From NCBI GenBank assembly GCA_965238005.1, contig OZ250165.1, positions 1-64,000 on the forward strand: a stretch of 64,000 nucleotides of DNA. The letters are read 5' to 3'. A model generated the notes under the pieces. That model was not told the origin of the DNA. It saw only the letters and a list, made by a program, of their open reading frames with translations, and did not search any database. A program made the position numbers and the translations under genes. Positions 1 to 10,403 of this stretch are shown piece after piece; position 1 is the stretch's first letter, and every line of letters starts with the position of its first letter. Source of the stretch: Longimicrobiales bacterium (lineage in GTDB: Bacteria > Gemmatimonadota > Gemmatimonadetes > Longimicrobiales > Gaopeijiaceae).

Positions 1-915
1 GGCGAGGAGCCGCCCGCCGTATAGCTGCACCATCGAGGCGCTCTTCCAGCGTCCGGCCTGCATGATGGCGGGGATCCCGATCCCCGATGCGACCATGTCC
101 TGAGCGGCCCCCACCCGGGGGCTGTGCCCGGAGATCCGGCGCACCATCTCGGCGGGGAGCCCGGCGCGTTCGGCCATCGCCCGGTAGATGCGCGGCACCT
201 GGCTCGCATCGAGGCTCTCGCCCACGGTGCCGTCTTTGTGGAGCGAACGGAAGAGCGGCCCGGCGGCGATCCCGCTCGCGCACAGCCACTCCCGCACCAG
301 CTTCACGGTGTCGAAGTGCAGGTACAGCATCGCACCGCCGCCCTCCGGATCGCTCTTCGCGCGGCGTACGAGGAGCGAGGCCGATCCTCCCCTATCTATC
401 GTCACATCAGCTACTTGCAGCGCGACCAGCTCCGAGCGGCGGAGCATGGCGTCGTAGGCGACGGCGAGCATCGCACGGTTCCGCACGTCGATGGTCCGGT
501 CGCCGCCGGCCGACGTCAGGCGTCGGCGGAGTTTCCAGGTCAGACCCTGCACCTGCGTCTGGCGGGCCCCCCTCCGCCGGAGCATGCGCTGTAGGGCCCG
601 CTGCACCGCGGCGCGCTCGAGCGGGCTCCGTTCCCCGGCCGCCTTGTGCATGGCGGCGATGCTGAATACGTAGCGGCGCACGGTGGCCGGGGCGCGGACG
701 CCCGCCATCGCATCGACGTACGCCGCCACCGTGGCCGCGCGCGCGGGGAGCGGAGAGAGTCCCCGCTCCGCGCACCATGCCGCGAACCCTTCCAGGTCCG
801 CTCGGAGGGCCCGGACGGTGTTCTCGCTGAGGGCGCCGGCGGCGTCCTGCAGGCACGCAGCGAGCCGTTCTCCGATTTGTGACCGCCTTGTGGTGGGACC
901 TGTAGGGCCGGACAC
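1..915 (-). CDS. Cre-like tyrosine recombinase (runs off window start)
   Basis: Manual translation from GTG at 915: ...SENTVRALRADLEGFAAWC...RNRAMLAVAYDAMLRRSEL...SGHSPRVGAAQDM...IMQAGRWKSASMVQLYG. Shows the R, HxxR, W and Y catalytic motifs of the Cre-like clade. Missing from the ORF track because there is no stop in the window. Confidence 0.9.
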   Translation of the reverse strand, partial: MSGPTGPTTRRSQIGERLAACLQDAAGALSENTVRALRADLEGFAAWCAERGLSPLPARAATVAAYVDAMAGVRAPATVRRYVFSIAAMHKAAGERSPLERAAVQRALQRMLRRRGARQTQVQGLTWKLRRRLTSAGGDRTIDVRNRAMLAVAYDAMLRRSELVALQVADVTIDRGGSASLLVRRAKSDPEGGGAMLYLHFDTVKLVREWLCASGIAAGPLFRSLHKDGTVGESLDASQVPRIYRAMAERAGLPAEMVRRISGHSPRVGAAQDMVASGIGIPAIMQAGRWKSASMVQLYGGRLLA

Positions 916-970
916 GACTACTGGGCCGAAATCGGCATAAGTGACTCCTCTACAACGATATACGTCAAAA

Positions 971-1010
971 CGTTTTACTCCCGATAACTACAGTTATCGC
1001 GAGTAAAACG
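971..1010. promoter_or_regulatory. lox-like palindromic site upstream of the recombinase
   Basis: CGTTTTACTCCCGATA-ACTACAGT-TATCGCGAGTAAAACG: 16-bp arms with one mismatch around an 8-bp centre. Confidence 0.6.
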
Positions 1011-1156
1011 GGAAGCTAACCGATTGTTAGTAAGCTTATTGTGACTTGCGGGCGAGTCTCATGGCCCGTTCGTGACTGTCCCCCGGAAACGCGCTATCCT
1101 CCACTCCGCTGCGGAGCCCGGCCGGCTCCGCCTCACCCCGCAGCGGGAGTGGAACA

Positions 1157-2602
1157 TTGAGCGATGGAGAGCTTGCGGGGCACGGGAGCAGGCCTTCCGA
1201 CAACCGCATCTCGCGGCTGAGCGCGGCGATCCTGCGCATCAGCCAAAGCCTCGACCTGGCCACGGTGCTTGAGGAGGTCGTCGACAGCGCCCGCGCGCTC
1301 ACGAGCGCCCGTCAGAGCATGATCACGACCGTCGACGACCGGGGACGGGTGCAGGACGTCGTCACCTCCGGCATGACGCCGGACGAGCGCCGGAATCTGA
1401 TGGACTGGCCCGACGGGCCTTGGCTCTTCGAGCACCTGAGGGACCTTCCGGCGCCGCTCCGGGTGGCGGACCTCCCCGGCTACCTTCGCTCGCTCGGCCT
1501 CTCGAACCCTTCGAGCTCGAAGACGCTGCAGGGGACCCCGATGCACCACCGGCGCGAGCATCTGGGGAACTTTTTCCTGGGCGACAAGGAGAACGGCGAG
1601 GCGTTCACCGCCGAGGACGAGGAGATCCTGCTGCTCTTCGCCTCGCAGGCGGGGACGGCGATCGCGAACGCGAGGACGCACCGCGACGTCGAGCGGGCGC
1701 GGGCCGACCTCGAGGCTCTGGTCGAGACCTCGCCGGTCGGGGTCGGGGTCTTCGACGCTGCCACCGGTCGCCCGGTCCTGTTCAACCGCGAGGCGCGGCG
1801 GATCGCCGAGGGGCTCCGCACCCCGGGCCGCCCGACCGAGCACCTTTTCGAGGTGTTGACGTGCAGGCACGCCGACGGGCGGGAGCACTCCCTCGAGGAG
1901 TTTCCCCTCGCGTGGCACCTCGAGGGCGCCACGACGATGCGCGCCGAGGAGGTCGTCCTATCGGTGCCCGACGGGCGGAGCGTCCGGACGCTCCTGAACG
2001 TCACCCCGATCCGCTCGGAGGAGGGGGAACTCGTGTCGGTCGTCACCACCGTTCAGGACCTGGCGCCGCTCGACGACCTCGAGCGGCAGCGGGCGGAGTT
2101 TCTCGGGATGGTGAGCCACGAGCTCCGCGCGCCGCTCACCTCGATCAAGGGCTCGACGGCGACCGTGCTCGGTGCCTCCCCCGTCCCGCCCCAGGCCGAG
2201 CTGCTCCAGTTCTTCCGCATCATCGACGGGCAGGCGGACCACATGAGGGGCCTCATCGCGAACCTCCTCGACGCCGGGAGCATCGAGGCGGGCACGCTCA
2301 CCATCGCGCCCGAGCCCTCCAGCGTCGCCGCGCTCGTGGATCGGGCCCGGACCACCTTTCTGAGCGGGGGCGGACGGCACGCCGTCGTCATCGACCTCCC
2401 GCCGGACCTCCCGCGGGTGATGGCCGACCGCGAGCGCATCGTCCAGGTGCTCAACAACCTCTTCTCGAACGCGGCCCGGCACTCGCCACCCCCGTCGGCG
2501 ATCCGCGTCGAGGCGGCCTATCGGCGGACGAACCTGTTCGAGCGCCGGCGTCAGCTCATGGACGCCTGGGCAGCCTACCTAGCCAGCGAGCCTCAAGACT
2601 AG
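1157..2602 (+). pseudogene. GAF-PAS sensor histidine kinase, HATPase truncated and fused in frame to a P4-type integrase C-terminal tail
   Basis: H-box SHELRAPLT and N-box QVLNNLFSNAARH are present, but the G1/F/G2 boxes are absent. The protein ends with VEAAYRRTNLFERRRQLMDAWAAYL, a typical P4-like integrase C-terminus. Confidence 0.85.
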
Positions 2603-2772
2603 GAGGTCCGCCCGATCCGGCGATGCGCTACGCTCTCCATCGGCGTGTCCGGCTACGTCCCGCATGGGGTATTGAGGCCAGGAGCAACCCTAGGGGTGAT
2701 TGTGCCCTTGACGAATAGTGGGCGGGCTCGTAGCATGGGGGGATGGGGAGATCTAGGCGTGTTCGTCGGGGC

Positions 2773-3126
2773 ATGGGTTCCTTTGGGGCCATCCTATCGT
2801 GGTACAAGCCGATTCTGGAGTTGCTGTCAATTCCAGGATACATCGACGATAGCGTGTCGTGGGTCATCATCTTGCAAGCCATCGGAGCTGTCATGAGCCC
2901 CATAGATTGGGTTATGGGGGTGGCCGGGCTGGCTTGCCTTGTATATGCGTGGTGGCCCGGGCGAGAGCGTAAGCGTAAGCGTAAGCCCGTACATCATAAG
3001 GTCGACGCCGGGGGCGCCCAATGGTCGTTCCACGTGTCCGAGCCAACGGTCACCCACACGAGAGCATCGTGGCACGTGCGGGCACGGAACCAGATCAAGA
3101 AGCTTAAGGAGATAGTGAGACGATGA
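2773..3126 (+). CDS. small membrane protein (IS1595 passenger)
   Basis: Hydrophobic segments followed by a basic RERKRKRK stretch. Start codon is uncertain (2743 or 2773). Confidence 0.5.
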   Translation: MGSFGAILSWYKPILELLSIPGYIDDSVSWVIILQAIGAVMSPIDWVMGVAGLACLVYAWWPGRERKRKRKPVHHKVDAGGAQWSFHVSEPTVTHTRASWHVRARNQIKKLKEIVRR

Positions 3127-3201
3127 AAGCCAGGCTGGTTCGAAGATTCCGGCGAAGAAGACACCGATGAGTGAGCCCAGGGGAGACCTGTGAATCCTCC
3201 T

Positions 3202-3735
3202 TCACGACCTGAACTCGAGACGGGCCGCCTGTACGGCCTTGGCGAACTTCCCAACGTGGCTCTTTAAGATGTTCTCCACCTTCATACCTGACAGGCCTGC
3301 ACCTAAGATCTCGATGGAACCAAATATCATTCCCGTTTTCTGGACTACCGAACTAATTGTATCCATCGGTATGTCAACCTGCTTAAGCCCGTAGATCAGA
3401 CCCTTGTCTATGAACAAGATGCGTCGGTGCGTGCATACTACCAGCCAAGTGTTCCCGTCCATCAAGCCGGATGTGATGGCCCTTATGGTCTCATCGGGAT
3501 CCATAACGTCAGGCAGATACTTGATCTCTTTCTTGGTTCCGAAGGTATCTGTTTCACCCAGGGCGTCTATTTGGGCGCGAATCTCCGGTTCGCGGGCGGC
3601 GCGCTGGGCGGCGCGCTGTGCCTTCTCGGTCCGGTTCGCGGCTTTCGTTGCATCGAGTTTCGCTTGTAGCTCGGCCCGTTTTGCCTCGTACTTCGCTTGC
3701 CGCTCGGCAATGCGAGATTCGCGATCAGCGGCCAT
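3202..3735 (-). CDS. bacterial PH-domain protein with N-terminal coiled coil (IS1595 passenger)
   Basis: RBS AGGAG precedes MAADRES. ETIRAITSG...WLVVCTHRRILFIDKGLIYG...IPMDTISSV matches a bPH_3-like pattern. Confidence 0.75.
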   Translation of the reverse strand: MAADRESRIAERQAKYEAKRAELQAKLDATKAANRTEKAQRAAQRAAREPEIRAQIDALGETDTFGTKKEIKYLPDVMDPDETIRAITSGLMDGNTWLVVCTHRRILFIDKGLIYGLKQVDIPMDTISSVVQKTGMIFGSIEILGAGLSGMKVENILKSHVGKFAKAVQAARLEFRS

Positions 3736-3818
3736 AGCGTTCTCCTTTGGGGGGGCGACTGTGAGAGGGAGTGTCAAGTATTCTGGATAATTCCCCTAGA
3801 TATTGGGGTCAGGAAGAG

Positions 3819-4703
3819 CTAGGCCACCAGCTCCCGGTAGGTGAGCGGGTCGGTGTTCACGATGCGGGCCAGGGTGTCGCGGAAGATGTGCGGGTTGTCT
3901 CGGTTGTTGTAGCGCCACTCCAGTTCTTCCAGGTAGCGGTCCATGTGCTTGGCGCTCATCTTGTGGAAAGAGCCGACGATGGATCGCTTGAAGAGGCTCC
4001 ACACGCCTTCGATCGAGTTGGTGTGAACGTCGCCGATCACCCATTCCTCGGCGGAGTGGTTCACCGTCTCGTGGCGCGTGTCGTCGTCTGCGATCCCGAT
4101 GTAGCTCTTGAGATCGTCTGTGTAGATCGCCTCGTCCTCGTCCTTCACGGTACGGCCGACGAAGTCATGGAGCGTGTCGCGCCGGACGTTGGGGATGCGC
4201 TCGACACGGACGCGGCCGCCGCGCTCGATTGCCCCGGCCACCCAGTGCTTGTTATCGCGCCAGTTCTCGCCCTTGCTCTTGCCGCCCACCATCGTTTCGT
4301 CCACTTCGATGATCCCGACGAGCGTCGGGCCGGTGAGCGGATCGTTGCCCATCGCCTTGCGGATGCGGTGACACAGGTACCATGCCGTCCGATAGGTGGT
4401 CCCGAGCGTCCGCTTGAGCTGGTTGGCCGAGATTCCCTTCTTGCTCTCGCACATCAGGTAGATGGCCAGGAACCACTTGCGGAGCGGCAGGTGGGAATCA
4501 TGCATGATCGTGCCGGCCGTCACCGTGAACTGATAACCGCATGACGCGCACTGCCACTTGCCGCCGCCCGGAAGCTCTGCCGGATCCACGACGCCACACC
4601 GGATGCATGCAACGCCTTTCGGCCAGCGGAGCCGCTCAAGCTCCGCTCGGCACTCGTGATCGCTGCCGTAGCGGTCGATCAACTTTACGAGGTTCATAGA
4701 CAT
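3819..4703 (-). CDS. IS1595-family transposase
   Basis: N-terminal Zn ribbon (CIRC...CASC), VEVDET, IYTDD, VNHS, HTNSIEGVW, YLEELEWRYN. Confidence 0.95.
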   Translation of the reverse strand: MSMNLVKLIDRYGSDHECRAELERLRWPKGVACIRCGVVDPAELPGGGKWQCASCGYQFTVTAGTIMHDSHLPLRKWFLAIYLMCESKKGISANQLKRTLGTTYRTAWYLCHRIRKAMGNDPLTGPTLVGIIEVDETMVGGKSKGENWRDNKHWVAGAIERGGRVRVERIPNVRRDTLHDFVGRTVKDEDEAIYTDDLKSYIGIADDDTRHETVNHSAEEWVIGDVHTNSIEGVWSLFKRSIVGSFHKMSAKHMDRYLEELEWRYNNRDNPHIFRDTLARIVNTDPLTYRELVA

Positions 4704-4866
4704 GGCTCAGACTCCCAAGAAGCGGCGGCCGAAGAAAGACGAAACGGACCACGACATGATGGAGCGACTGTTCGGCAAGCGGGTCATGAAAGAGGTTGAC
4801 CGCATCGTGGCCGAACGCTCGCAAGATGCTGATCCGAAAGAGGTTAGCGGCTCCATGCAATCATAA
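4702..4866 (+). CDS. small hypothetical protein inside IS1595 (54 aa)
   Basis: MAQTPKKRRPKKDETDHDMMERLFGKRVMKEVDRIVAERSQD..., divergent from the transposase. Confidence 0.45.
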   Translation: MAQTPKKRRPKKDETDHDMMERLFGKRVMKEVDRIVAERSQDADPKEVSGSMQS

Positions 4867-5051
4867 TAACGCCCACGTCTCTATTCGTCAAGGGCACAAT
4901 CACCACCCTAGGAGCGAGCTCCCTCCCGACGTCCCCCGAACCTCCTCAGTGCGGCGACGGCTACTCACGCCTCCCAGTTGGTGGCCCCACCACGAGGCCA
5001 GCGGGCCGTGTGAGCATATGATCTCCACTACTTGCCAATAGCTTGGCTGAT

Positions 5052-5257
5052 ATGACCTGCCCCGAAGAGCGGTACCACATCCTGCGGTTGCCGCGAGTGC
5101 AAGCCCGCACAGGGCTGTCGCGGAGCACGATCTACCTGCGGGTGGCCGACGGGAGCTGCCCGTAGCCCATGGCGCTCGGGCCGTCGGCTGGATCGAGTCG
5201 GAGGTGGATGCGTGGATCCGACAGCAGATCGCGACGAGCCGCAGCAGCGCGGCGTGA
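5052..5257 (+). pseudogene. alpA: AlpA-family excisionase/regulator pseudogene
   Basis: ILRLPRVQARTGLSRSTIYLRVADGSCP* then a frameshift, then AVGWIESEVDAWIRQQI. Similar to the intact copy at 15567. Confidence 0.85.
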
Positions 5258-5683
5258 TCTGAGACGACATTCATCTGAGAGTTCGTCATGAGAGTGGACA
5301 GGGGTCATCACCACCCTCCGCCAAGCTTCGCTCCTTCGGCCAGGTCGAGCTTTCAATCCATATCAGGGGTTGGGCGTTGCGACACGGTGAGTATTGCAGG
5401 AGCGATTCGAATAGCTTTGCGTTAAAGTGCAACGTCCCGGAACCTGCGCGATGACGGATTTGATGAAGCACCTAAACGGGGATTTGGACCGCCGCTCCAG
5501 GCGAGACTGATCAGGGTGCGGTGAGACACCGGCCGGCAGCTTGCCCGTGACCTCGATCACTTCTGCCGCACTTCCTTACTCCCGTCACTCCCTCATGACA
5601 CCACTTCCGAGGCAACAGCTACCGGATGCGCCATCATACCGAGCTCTCCAAAGTGCTCCACTCGCCTCCTGCGGAGTCGAGCT

Positions 5684-7140
5684 GAGGATGTCCCGCCCGT
5701 AGTTGAAGGTGGTGGCTCCGGGGAGTCTCCTTGTTAGCCTGCCTTTCTCATTTCGGCAACCGGTTCATGGTCGTCGAGGTGGGCCCTGAGCATCCAGAGC
5801 TGGTCGTAGCCGATGATCCTCCGGTAGCTCTTCTCGGTCTCCACGAACGAGGCCGCAGCCCAGCGCAAGGCCATCGCTCCGTTCTTCCAGTTGGTCACCC
5901 TGCGGGTCTTCTGTCTTACGCCCGAGTGGGTGCTGTCGATCAGGTTGGTCGAGCCCAGGCACTTCCTCAGCCGCGGCGGGAGGCCGAGCCGGTTGATCGT
6001 GAACATCTCGCTGAGGCCTTCGCGTAGGCTGGCCGAGGCCGAGGGGTGGTCGCGCTCGAGCCATCGGGCGAGCTGCTCGAGCTTCTGCTCGCCCTGCTTC
6101 GCGTCCAGCTTCATCGCCGCCCGGAACGCCGCCTTCACCTGAGGATGCTGATCCTTCGGCAGATGACCCAGCACGTTGCGGAGCTTGTGGTTGCGGCAGC
6201 GCTGGATGGGGTGACGTTGGCCGAACACCTTCTCGATCGCCTTCCTGAGCGCTTTCGAGCCATCGATCACGAACAGCCGCCGCCTGCCCGGGTCCAGGCC
6301 GCGCTCGACCAGATCCTCTAGGAGCGCGCTGGTCACCTCGGCGTTCTCACTCGCTCCTTCCCTCACGCCCAGCACGTGCTTCTTTCCGTCTGAGTCCACG
6401 CCTACCGCAGCAAGCACGTGGTGCGAGCCCATCTGGATCCCGTCCAGGTAGATCACCAGGAGGTCCCACGCATCCAGCCGGCGCTCCATCAGCTCCTTCA
6501 GCACGCGCTCCGAGGCCTCGACCGTCTCACGGCTCACCGCCGACTTGCTCACCCCGACCGTGTCGGCCATCTCACCGATCACACGGCCGTACTTCCGCGT
6601 GCTCACCCCCGCCATCAGGACCTCGAGCATCCGATCCGCCACGGCGCCCGGTCTCCGCATCGCTGCGTACGCCGGCACCTCGACCTCGCCACCCTCCCCG
6701 GCGCCCCGGCGCCTGAGCCGTGGCCGCTCCACACGCACCTTCCGGTCCGACAGGTAAACCACACCACCCTGCCGGCCATACCACACCGTGTCGTCTTCCG
6801 CTCGTGACCGACCTGCCTGCTTCACGCCTGCCACACCCTCGGCGCTCATCTCCAGCACCGCTTCGATCGTCGCTCGTCCCATCACCTGGATGACTTCGTC
6901 GATCACGACCTCCGTCTGCTCCACGAGCTCAAGCATCGGAAGCAGAAACTGCCCCTCCCGCTTCAGGAACTCCCTGATCGCGCGCTTGTCCGCCCGATCC
7001 CTTACCTCGTACGCCCTCTTCATCGTGGTGGCTCCGTGTTGGGGTTTTTGCCTACCCGAGCCTATCGGCCCGGGACCCCCGGAGCCACCACTTTTCTTTC
7101 CCCCCTATCAGGAACCTTCAACTACGGTTGGGACAGCTTC
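5684..7140 (-). mobile_element. IS256-family element (complete)
   Basis: Imperfect TIRs GAGGATGTCCCGCCCGTAGTTGAAGG and GAAGCTGTCCCAACCGTAGTTGAAGG. 8-bp TSD GTCGAGCT (5676-5683 and 7141-7148). Confidence 0.92.
5734..7023 (-). CDS. IS256-family transposase
   Basis: GVSTRK, IYLDG, GASEN, VIDGSKAL, QRCRNHKLRN, STNLID motifs. Confidence 0.95.
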   Translation of the reverse strand: MKRAYEVRDRADKRAIREFLKREGQFLLPMLELVEQTEVVIDEVIQVMGRATIEAVLEMSAEGVAGVKQAGRSRAEDDTVWYGRQGGVVYLSDRKVRVERPRLRRRGAGEGGEVEVPAYAAMRRPGAVADRMLEVLMAGVSTRKYGRVIGEMADTVGVSKSAVSRETVEASERVLKELMERRLDAWDLLVIYLDGIQMGSHHVLAAVGVDSDGKKHVLGVREGASENAEVTSALLEDLVERGLDPGRRRLFVIDGSKALRKAIEKVFGQRHPIQRCRNHKLRNVLGHLPKDQHPQVKAAFRAAMKLDAKQGEQKLEQLARWLERDHPSASASLREGLSEMFTINRLGLPPRLRKCLGSTNLIDSTHSGVRQKTRRVTNWKNGAMALRWAAASFVETEKSYRRIIGYDQLWMLRAHLDDHEPVAEMRKAG

Positions 7141-7252
7141 GTCGAGCTCTTCACCCCCTCGCAAGAGGAGGAGAACATCAAAGGAGACGACGACGACTTA
7201 GAGGCCCGTCACCTCCCCCCGATGTGTGACATTTTCAACCGGCGTTGACAAT

Positions 7253-7401
7253 GCGACCCGAATTCCCTCCATTTGATGCCGTTTTCCCGCCATTTCAGCC
7301 CGGACGAAACAGATGTGGTCCAATGGCAGGAGCGGCAGATCGTGCAGCCCTGGTTGAACTTAGAAGATTCCTTGCTGGAATCACATCATCCGTACCACGC
7401 C
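7253..7401 (+). repeat. structured island repeat, copy A
   Basis: Invariant GCAGATCGTGCAG at 7335-7347 with TTGAACTTA downstream and paired TTCCC(G/T)CCATTT boxes upstream. Aligns with copies B-F. Confidence 0.85.
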
Positions 7402-7499
7402 TGTGCAGCGTGCGGTCATTCGAGGGGCCCCTGGGGGGCAACGGGCGTGGCCATCGAACGCCACCGACCGTGATCGATCGAACGACTCGTTCGAGGGGC

Positions 7500-7668
7500 T
7501 GGGGGACCCGCCGGACGCTAAGTGCGCGACGGGGAAGTCGTTCGCGGCTGGGTCGTTCACACGCTCGTCGTGACGGCGCCCAATCAGCTCGGCGGCGAGT
7601 TCCGGGCATGGATCCGCTAGAGCTACAGCCTCATGGGGATGCGGGAGCGGCTCCAGAAGAAGCCGTAG
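7500..7668 (+). pseudogene. decayed gene fragment (possibly DUF5655-like C-terminus)
   Basis: WVVHTLVVTAPNQLGGEFRAWIR*SYSLMGMRERL with in-frame stops. Confidence 0.3.
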
Positions 7669-7801
7669 GCCCATCGCGGCGGGTGCTGGCTGGATAGGGC
7701 CTGCGCGCCGGGGCCGTGCCGAGGCTGGTTAGGCTCCGGTCGAGTGTCCGTGGCCGGGCGGCCGAGAAGACGGATTATGCCCGGAATGTGCGGTCTGCTT
7801 G

Positions 7802-8902
7802 CTACTGGGGCGGTGCTTCGTGACCAACGACGTTCAAGTGATGCTGGTATCGGAAAGTTCTTTCCTCCCCGTCGTCCGTGACGCGCTGTCTTGCCTTGAG
7901 GCGTATGGAGTACCCTAGACCTACCATCTCCGCTTCATCGAGAATGACTCTTGCGGCCTTTCCCAAGTCAAGCGCTCTCCCCGTATCGATCAACGCGGCG
8001 AAACCAGGTTCGCCTACATTTGTCTCGAAGTAGCGCCAATCGCCGAAGGTGTGCCTCGCGCGCTCCAATACCGTTCCTATCTCGGAGAAGTCAGCCTCGA
8101 TTCTCGCTCTGCTGTCCTCCGGTAGGTCATCGAATAGGCTGATCAGGTCGTGGCTCTTCCTGGCTTCATCCAATCGGGTCAAGCGGATCGCCTTCATCGC
8201 CAGCTCACAGGCGAATGCGGACATCATGCCGACCGTAATCGTAGAACCCAGGCGCTTCAGGAACTCGTATTCCCGGGCCGTGGAGTGCTTGCCTAGTTCC
8301 TCCTTTGAGATGTGGACGGTGGCCGAGCCGTCGTCGTTCAGGTCGAAGTCCGAGAACTGCGCGACGGTCATCTCGCGCGGTGTTCGCTCGACGCCCGAGA
8401 TCAGGACCCTGGCCTGCAGGAGGAAATACCCGGCGGATCCCGCGGGGAAGCCACTACGAGTGAGCCAGTCCCGCTTGGCGCCTGCGGCCGCCTTCATCTC
8501 GACGTGCTTCAGGAACCGTTCCTCGGGCGGGGGCGCGATCTCGGGGAACACCTTGTAGACGAACTTGGAGTCTTCCTTGTATCGGGGGACGTGCCCCAGG
8601 CCCATGTTTAGCATGTTGAACGTGCCTTCGTGCGACATCTGCCGACCCACGGCTTCCGCGTCCCGCCCCTGGACGAGCCGCCCGCAAACGCGGCACCGTA
8701 TACCCGTTAGAACATGCTTGTCATCTACTCTCCCGAGCAGTCTTCCCCAGCATCGTGTGCATCGCCCCTTCAGTGTTGCCCGCCCTGCGCTTCCGGGCCT
8801 AAAATCGCCCAGGTCAATCGACTCTTCGACATCCCAGTTCCACTCGATCCTGACTGAACCGGTCCTAAGCACGTTCGTCTGGTCGGGGGAGTTATTCGTC
8901 AT
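7802..8902 (-). CDS. hypothetical protein with N-terminal Zn-binding motifs and C-terminal HEPN-like domain
   Basis: CTRC...CRVC, then SAFACELAMKA...RKSHDLISLF...FGDWRY pattern. Confidence 0.65.
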   Translation of the reverse strand: MTNNSPDQTNVLRTGSVRIEWNWDVEESIDLGDFRPGSAGRATLKGRCTRCWGRLLGRVDDKHVLTGIRCRVCGRLVQGRDAEAVGRQMSHEGTFNMLNMGLGHVPRYKEDSKFVYKVFPEIAPPPEERFLKHVEMKAAAGAKRDWLTRSGFPAGSAGYFLLQARVLISGVERTPREMTVAQFSDFDLNDDGSATVHISKEELGKHSTAREYEFLKRLGSTITVGMMSAFACELAMKAIRLTRLDEARKSHDLISLFDDLPEDSRARIEADFSEIGTVLERARHTFGDWRYFETNVGEPGFAALIDTGRALDLGKAARVILDEAEMVGLGYSIRLKARQRVTDDGEERTFRYQHHLNVVGHEAPPQ

Positions 8903-9167
8903 CGTTGGTCGTTCCTTCGGTGGCACGGGCTGGTGGGTTCGCGTGTCCGACCGGTTGTCGAGTCTCAGCCATGGCCAGTATTGACCGACCGGGGGCGAGG
9001 AAACCCGTCCGTTGTCCGGCTCGCTGCGTCTGTGACCGAGGGGGCGGAAAGCGCGTCGGAAAGACCGAGCTGGGGAATAGCAGAGTCATCCAGCCCTTCT
9101 GCTTTCGGGGTCAATTCGCGTTCCCAGGGGCCGCACCGAGTTTTGTTGTCAGGTGCTTCCGGTCCGG

Positions 9168-10403
9168 TCATCGTCCCCCGAGTAACAGGCGCGCTGCGTT
9201 CCATACGCGATTCGGCAACATCGGAAAATACCACGACGCGTGGTCCGCAGTGGGCAGTCGTCGAAGCCGTGGCGGCGGGGAGGGAGCGGATGCAGCTCGC
9301 GAGCGACGCCCTGCAGAGACCGCACGTCCGTGCACGCATGCGGTCATTCGGGTGGCCACGTGGGGACATGCGCGTGGCCATCGGACGCCCGACGATGAGC
9401 GCGCGTCGCAGATTGCAGACTGACCCCGCCGACGTGGAAGCTGGCAGGGCTCCGAACAGTCTGTGAGACTGGTTTCTCGAAGAGTTGCCTTGGACAGATC
9501 CGCACTGCTCAGCTGTGCGCCCTTCAAGGTTCCTCCATCCCACGACGTCCGCGACAAATCTGCGTCCTCAAGATGGGCTTTGGTCAAATCAGGATTCGAG
9601 AATTCTGCTCTCGATATGTCAACAAAAGACAAGTTAGCCTCGGATAAGTTGACATTCTGAAAATGAACCTTCGACAAGTTAGCGCGCCTCTTGGGTCTAC
9701 TATCTATGAGCCTCCAAGATCGAAGGTCATATATGAAACTATGCACGTCGTCCATTCTGAAGGAGCTTAAATCTGATTCGATAATCACCAGATCGAACCC
9801 ATCTCTCTCTTCAAGCTCAATCCGGGCTCGGTCGCGCGTGCCGATGGCACGCAGAACAATTTGAGCGTCGGTCGGTGTCTTGGGATCGCCCGTGTCGATA
9901 GCGGCATCACGGCCAGCTTCGTCTTCAATATGGTCTGTAGTCTTTAGTCCCGTGGAATGGCTCAGGAATGCGCAGAAGAGTCGCATGACTTGTACGTGGT
10001 ACTGGGTCGGATACTCCTTTGCTAAGTGTTGTAGTGCATAGATTCCACCAACACGCACGGTCAAGGCCGAGTGGCCAAACATTTCAACTGCCTTCTGGTG
10101 TTTGTCGTTCCGCAGTGCCCTCTGCGCTATGTCTATCTGGCGTGCAGCTACGACAGTACGCCACATTGCGAATGGTAAGCCGATTAGTGCTACGACAAAG
10201 AGGCCGACGTTTCTCAATGTGGCGCTGCCCGATTCCCCTTCGCTTAACCAGTTCCAGAAGTAGTATCCACCAGGCGACGACACTGTGACATTGCTGAGAA
10301 ACAAGGTAAACAGAAGTCCCGCACCAACCAAAGTGGCAATCACACGAACAACGGTGCGTCGCCGAATTCCTCGTCTCTCTCGATCGCCGGCTAGTGTTAA
10401 CAT
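9168..10403 (-). CDS. membrane-anchored pentapeptide-repeat protein (C-terminus probably disrupted near 9460)
   Basis: Two TM helices, VRVGGIYALQHLAKE, and repeats ANLSK/VNLSE/ANLSF/ADLSR/AQLSS/ADLSK. Sequence after ETSLTD loses repeat character. Confidence 0.8.
   Translation of the reverse strand: MLTLAGDRERRGIRRRTVVRVIATLVGAGLLFTLFLSNVTVSSPGGYYFWNWLSEGESGSATLRNVGLFVVALIGLPFAMWRTVVAARQIDIAQRALRNDKHQKAVEMFGHSALTVRVGGIYALQHLAKEYPTQYHVQVMRLFCAFLSHSTGLKTTDHIEDEAGRDAAIDTGDPKTPTDAQIVLRAIGTRDRARIELEERDGFDLVIIESDLSSFRMDDVHSFIYDLRSWRLIDSRPKRRANLSKVHFQNVNLSEANLSFVDISRAEFSNPDLTKAHLEDADLSRTSWDGGTLKGAQLSSADLSKATLRETSLTDCSEPCQLPRRRGQSAICDARSSSGVRWPRACPHVATRMTACVHGRAVSAGRRSRAASAPSPPPRLRRLPTADHASWYFPMLPNRVWNAARLLLGGR

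Larger units (their letters stand above)
2695..4904 (-). mobile_element. IS1595-family element with passenger genes
   Basis: Perfect 24-bp TIRs GGTGATTGTGCCCTTGACGAATAG (2695-2718 and 4881-4904). 8-bp target duplication ACCCTAGG (2687-2694 and 4905-4912). Confidence 0.92.

Noticed and set aside
87..940. Plus-strand ORFs 87-665, 124-594 and similar long Arg/Pro/Gly-rich ORFs elsewhere (e.g. 1420-2718, 53607-54929)
   Set aside because: These are shadow frames of real genes in high-GC DNA.
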